Source of the DNA: a bacterium
GTDB lineage: Bacteria; Patescibacteriota; Minisyncoccia; Phycocordibacterales; UBA2100
Length of the DNA: 46,555 bases
Assembly: GCA_038128225.1 (NCBI GenBank)
Contig: JAYPJF010000003.1
Span: 1 to 46,555, forward strand
Direction: 5' to 3'
The position numbers and the translations under genes were made by a program. Below, piece by piece: positions 44,236 to 46,555 of this stretch. The notes under the pieces were generated by a model. That model was not told the DNA's origin, searched no databases, and saw nothing but the letters and a program-made list of their open reading frames with translations. Positions within the stretch are counted from its first letter, which is position 1; every line of letters starts with the position of its first letter.

Positions 44236-44919
44236 ATGAGTCAAGGTGCATCAAATAGGGGGATGACTTTAAGCGTGGCAAGCCTCGTCTTCGTCACGTC
44301 GCTTTCTGCGTTTGGGTCAATCGGTCTCGTCCCTTGCTACATTGATCGCACCTGTGCAGAAACGAACACTGTTGTACAAGCATTACCTGACGCCTCAGGT
44401 AATCTTGCGCTCGCGTCTATTCCACGTTTGGGAGGGGTGCTGCCACCGCCTACAGGCACTCAGGAAATTGAGTACCCGCTTGAGCCGACACGCATCGTGA
44501 TCCGGTCACAGGGAATCGATCTCCAGATATTAAATCCTCACGGCACCACTATTAAAGAACTTGATGACGCGCTTCTTTCAGGAGCGGTTCGTTATCCACT
44601 CTCGGCACAGCTGAATCAAAACGGAAACATCTTCATCTTTGGGCATAGTTCACACTTGCCAATCGTAAAAAACCAGATGTTTCGTGCATTCAACAAGCTC
44701 TCCAGCCTTAAGGAAGGGGACACTATTGAATTGCATGGCGGTGGGGAAGTACATACCTATCGCGTGAACGTGGTACGCAAAACAGATGCTAGCGACGAAA
44801 CGATCGACCTTTCGGCTTCACAAGGCAAAAAACTTACACTTTCAACATGCGACTCATTTGGTGCGAAGACCTCACGATACGTGGTTGAAGCTGAATTTGT
44901 AGGGAAGAAAATACAATAA
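44236..44919 (+). CDS. Sortase
   Basis: N-terminal anchor; IFGHSS, LTLSTC, SRYVVEA (His/Cys/Arg). Confidence 0.88.
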   Translation: MSQGASNRGMTLSVASLVFVTSLSAFGSIGLVPCYIDRTCAETNTVVQALPDASGNLALASIPRLGGVLPPPTGTQEIEYPLEPTRIVIRSQGIDLQILNPHGTTIKELDDALLSGAVRYPLSAQLNQNGNIFIFGHSSHLPIVKNQMFRAFNKLSSLKEGDTIELHGGGEVHTYRVNVVRKTDASDETIDLSASQGKKLTLSTCDSFGAKTSRYVVEAEFVGKKIQ

Positions 44920-45010
44920 ACTCGAGAGCTCGAACCATTGACTTTTTAGCATTTTAGTGTAGAGTTTCTGGCGGAAGCACGTCGAAACAACAGATAGAAA
45001 GGGGGTAGCG

Positions 45011-45418
45011 ATGAGAATCGCGATCCTGTTTTGCCTGATCATCGCACCCTTTCTTACGGGGTGCTTCGATGACTGCGGGAAGGACCCGAAGTGCTATCAG
45101 GCGAGAGCGGCAGCCGAAGAGCAAGTCATTAAGGCCAAGGCGGAAGCGGAGGTGGCCAGAATTAACGCTGAGGCGGAAGCCGATGCGGCGCGCGCCACTT
45201 CTCGCTCTGGTTTCGCCCGCGAGTACGACGCCCTGCACGAGCGTATCGGCAAGCGTCGCTCGGGTTCGTGCGGTGCTAAAGTCGACCGCATGAAGAAGTG
45301 CCTTGAGGCAGCCGGCGTCCTCGACGAGTGTCAACGCGACGGCTGCAAGGTAAACTGCTCGACCGAGGTTCGAGCGGTGGCGCAGCGGTGCGCTCGGAAA
45401 GCCGGCGGCACGTGGTGA
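45011..45418 (+). CDS. Putative lipoprotein, Cys-rich with Ala/Glu helix
   Basis: Lipobox LTG|C; multiple Cys; SD-like AAGGGGG; promoter TTGACT-N16-TAGAGT at 44938. Confidence 0.6.
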   Translation: MRIAILFCLIIAPFLTGCFDDCGKDPKCYQARAAAEEQVIKAKAEAEVARINAEAEADAARATSRSGFAREYDALHERIGKRRSGSCGAKVDRMKKCLEAAGVLDECQRDGCKVNCSTEVRAVAQRCARKAGGTW

Positions 45419-45428
45419 TAGGTTGTGG

Positions 45429-45464
45429 GGAGGATGCTTCCGAGCGTTCTCCTCACCTCTTTTT
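45429..45464 (+). terminator. Hairpin with downstream T-run
   Basis: GGAGGATGCT-TCCG-AGCGTTCTCC then TCACCTCTTTTT. Confidence 0.5.
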
Positions 45465-45549
45465 TGTACGAAGATCGTATTTCTTTTTTGAAAAAGAAAT
45501 GTGACCTCTGTACAACAGAGGATGGTGAAACGCATGGAGGAGAAACACC

Positions 45550-46194
45550 ATGCACTACAAGTTCTTTGGCATACTCGGTCTCATCCTCGCGGTTCTCGGG
45601 ACTCCCGCAATCGCGGAAGACGTCACCGTGACCGTGGCTCCTACGGTGGAGGTGGAGGCTGAGTCCGCAGCTTCTGCGAAGGAGGAAGGCGAGCTCGACA
45701 TCGAGGATCCGTTCTCGGTCACGTTCGACGATAAGAGTCTCAGTGGCCCGGCTATCTGCAGTGACGTATCGAGTCCTCCCGAAATATCGGCGACGGACTC
45801 GTACATCAAGGTCCTGATTCTTCTGCCCTCAAAAGGGCTGGGTGGCGCGGCTTCCGGCACCTACAAGCTGGAAGTTCATCACGCCGCCGATCAGGCGCGC
45901 ATCGACAAGAACCGGTGGGTGCGGGGGGTGCAGGATTGTGTGTACGGCGACGACGGCCAGAAGGCAGTGCATGTCACCTGGTATCGGATCGGTGCACGAC
46001 TTCAGGGACGGTACTACGTCACCCCGATGTACCTTCCGGTCTCGGCGTTCGAGGAAAACATCGTGGTGCGAACGAGGCTGGACAAAGTCTCGGGCGCACC
46101 GCGATTCGTCGGCGAGTGGAAGGACCGGGAACGGGAAGACAAGCCTTACCGTCTCTTTCTCGCACGAGTCGAGGAGGACGGCGAGGGCGACTAA
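45550..46194 (+). CDS. Secreted hypothetical protein
   Basis: SD GGAGGAG; signal peptide ending AIA; GC-rich codons. Confidence 0.65.
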   Translation: MHYKFFGILGLILAVLGTPAIAEDVTVTVAPTVEVEAESAASAKEEGELDIEDPFSVTFDDKSLSGPAICSDVSSPPEISATDSYIKVLILLPSKGLGGAASGTYKLEVHHAADQARIDKNRWVRGVQDCVYGDDGQKAVHVTWYRIGARLQGRYYVTPMYLPVSAFEENIVVRTRLDKVSGAPRFVGEWKDREREDKPYRLFLARVEEDGEGD

Positions 46195-46211
46195 TCTTCG
46201 CGAGAAGAAAT

Positions 46212-46240
46212 GGGCGGGCTTTCGAGCCCGCCCCTTTTTT
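46212..46240 (+). terminator. Intrinsic terminator
   Basis: GGGCGGGCT-TTCG-AGCCCGCCC-CTTTTTT. Confidence 0.85.
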
Positions 46241-46242
46241 AT

Positions 46243-46271
46243 TTGACATATCGATCATACGATGATATAGT
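46243..46271 (+). promoter_or_regulatory. sigma70-like promoter
   Basis: TTGACA-N17-TATAGT with TGn extension. Confidence 0.7.
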
Positions 46272-46301
46272 ATAAACACTTAGTAAATGTATTAAAGTCG
46301 T

Positions 46302-46555
46302 ATGCAAAAAATTCATCAGATCGCTAAAGTTTTCACGTTCTGCGCAGTAACTGTATTGGTTGTTGCCTCTGCGCCAGTCTCGCTTCACTCTGCGTATGCA
46401 AGCGGATGGGACGACACTACCGATTTTGGTGGTGGCTGGGATTCATACGCCTTTGGCTCAACAGACTTCGGCGGAGATTGGGACTCTTACGATTTCGGCT
46501 CTACCGATTTTGGTGGTGGCTGGGATTCATACGCCTTTGGCTCAACAGACTTCGG
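46302..46555 (+). CDS. Exported tandem-repeat protein (3'-truncated; absent from ORF track)
   Basis: Manual translation: MQKIHQIAKVFTFCAVTVLVVASAPVSLHSAYA|SGWDDTTDFGGGWDSYAFGSTDFGGDWDSYDFGSTDFGGGWDSYAFGSTDFG; no stop before the window end. Confidence 0.8.
   Translation, partial: MQKIHQIAKVFTFCAVTVLVVASAPVSLHSAYASGWDDTTDFGGGWDSYAFGSTDFGGDWDSYDFGSTDFGGGWDSYAFGSTDF
46417..46555 (+). repeat. 42-bp coding tandem repeat with 84-bp higher-order period
   Basis: 46417-46471 is identical to 46501-46555; the intervening unit is a codon variant. Confidence 0.9.

Noticed and set aside
44954-45535. 193-aa minus-strand ORF
   Set aside because: Shadow of the lipoprotein gene, which has promoter, SD and lipobox support.
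46417-46555. Possible CRISPR array at the window end
   Set aside because: Units are contiguous, in frame within a signal-peptide ORF, have no unique spacers, and no cas genes are present.

Overview
A 46.6-kb bacterial chromosomal window, inferred to come from a Patescibacteria/CPR (Parcubacteria-like) genome. The inference rests on the split transketolase, N-terminally shortened PheS and RF1, short EF-Ts, IGIGTTTP-repeat surface protein and sortase. 1-13.5 kb is a surface/accessory region: three paralogues of a 'DHPLDP' domain protein (two share a perfect 110-bp repeat), a sulfatase-like enzyme, an O-antigen-ligase/TPR protein, and four His/Cys-rich exported paralogues beside an atypical cupredoxin and a His1 protein (candidate metal-handling system). 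13.6-28.1 kb is a glycolysis/pentose-phosphate cluster (gap, rpiB, rpe, split tkt, pfkB-like, fba, D-2-hydroxyacid dehydrogenase) interrupted by a PaaK-like ligase/small-peptide locus, an ATPase-less ABC pair and single-gene islets. 28.6-42.1 kb is mostly translation and replication genes (rplY, rpmE, prfA, rpsB, tsf, tRNA-Thr, pheS, pheT, gyrB). The strongest finding is a PheRS beta subunit with an in-frame NlpC/P60 cysteine-peptidase domain (intact Cys-His-His) inside its B5 domain, followed directly by a C39-like peptidase. Many core genes look leaderless (TANNNT 5-9 nt before the start codon), whereas islet genes carry Shine-Dalgarno sites and terminators. The window ends inside an exported FG/WD-rich tandem-repeat protein missing from the ORF track. 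No CRISPR array, rRNA or transposase was seen. All family calls are by motif recognition; no searches were run.
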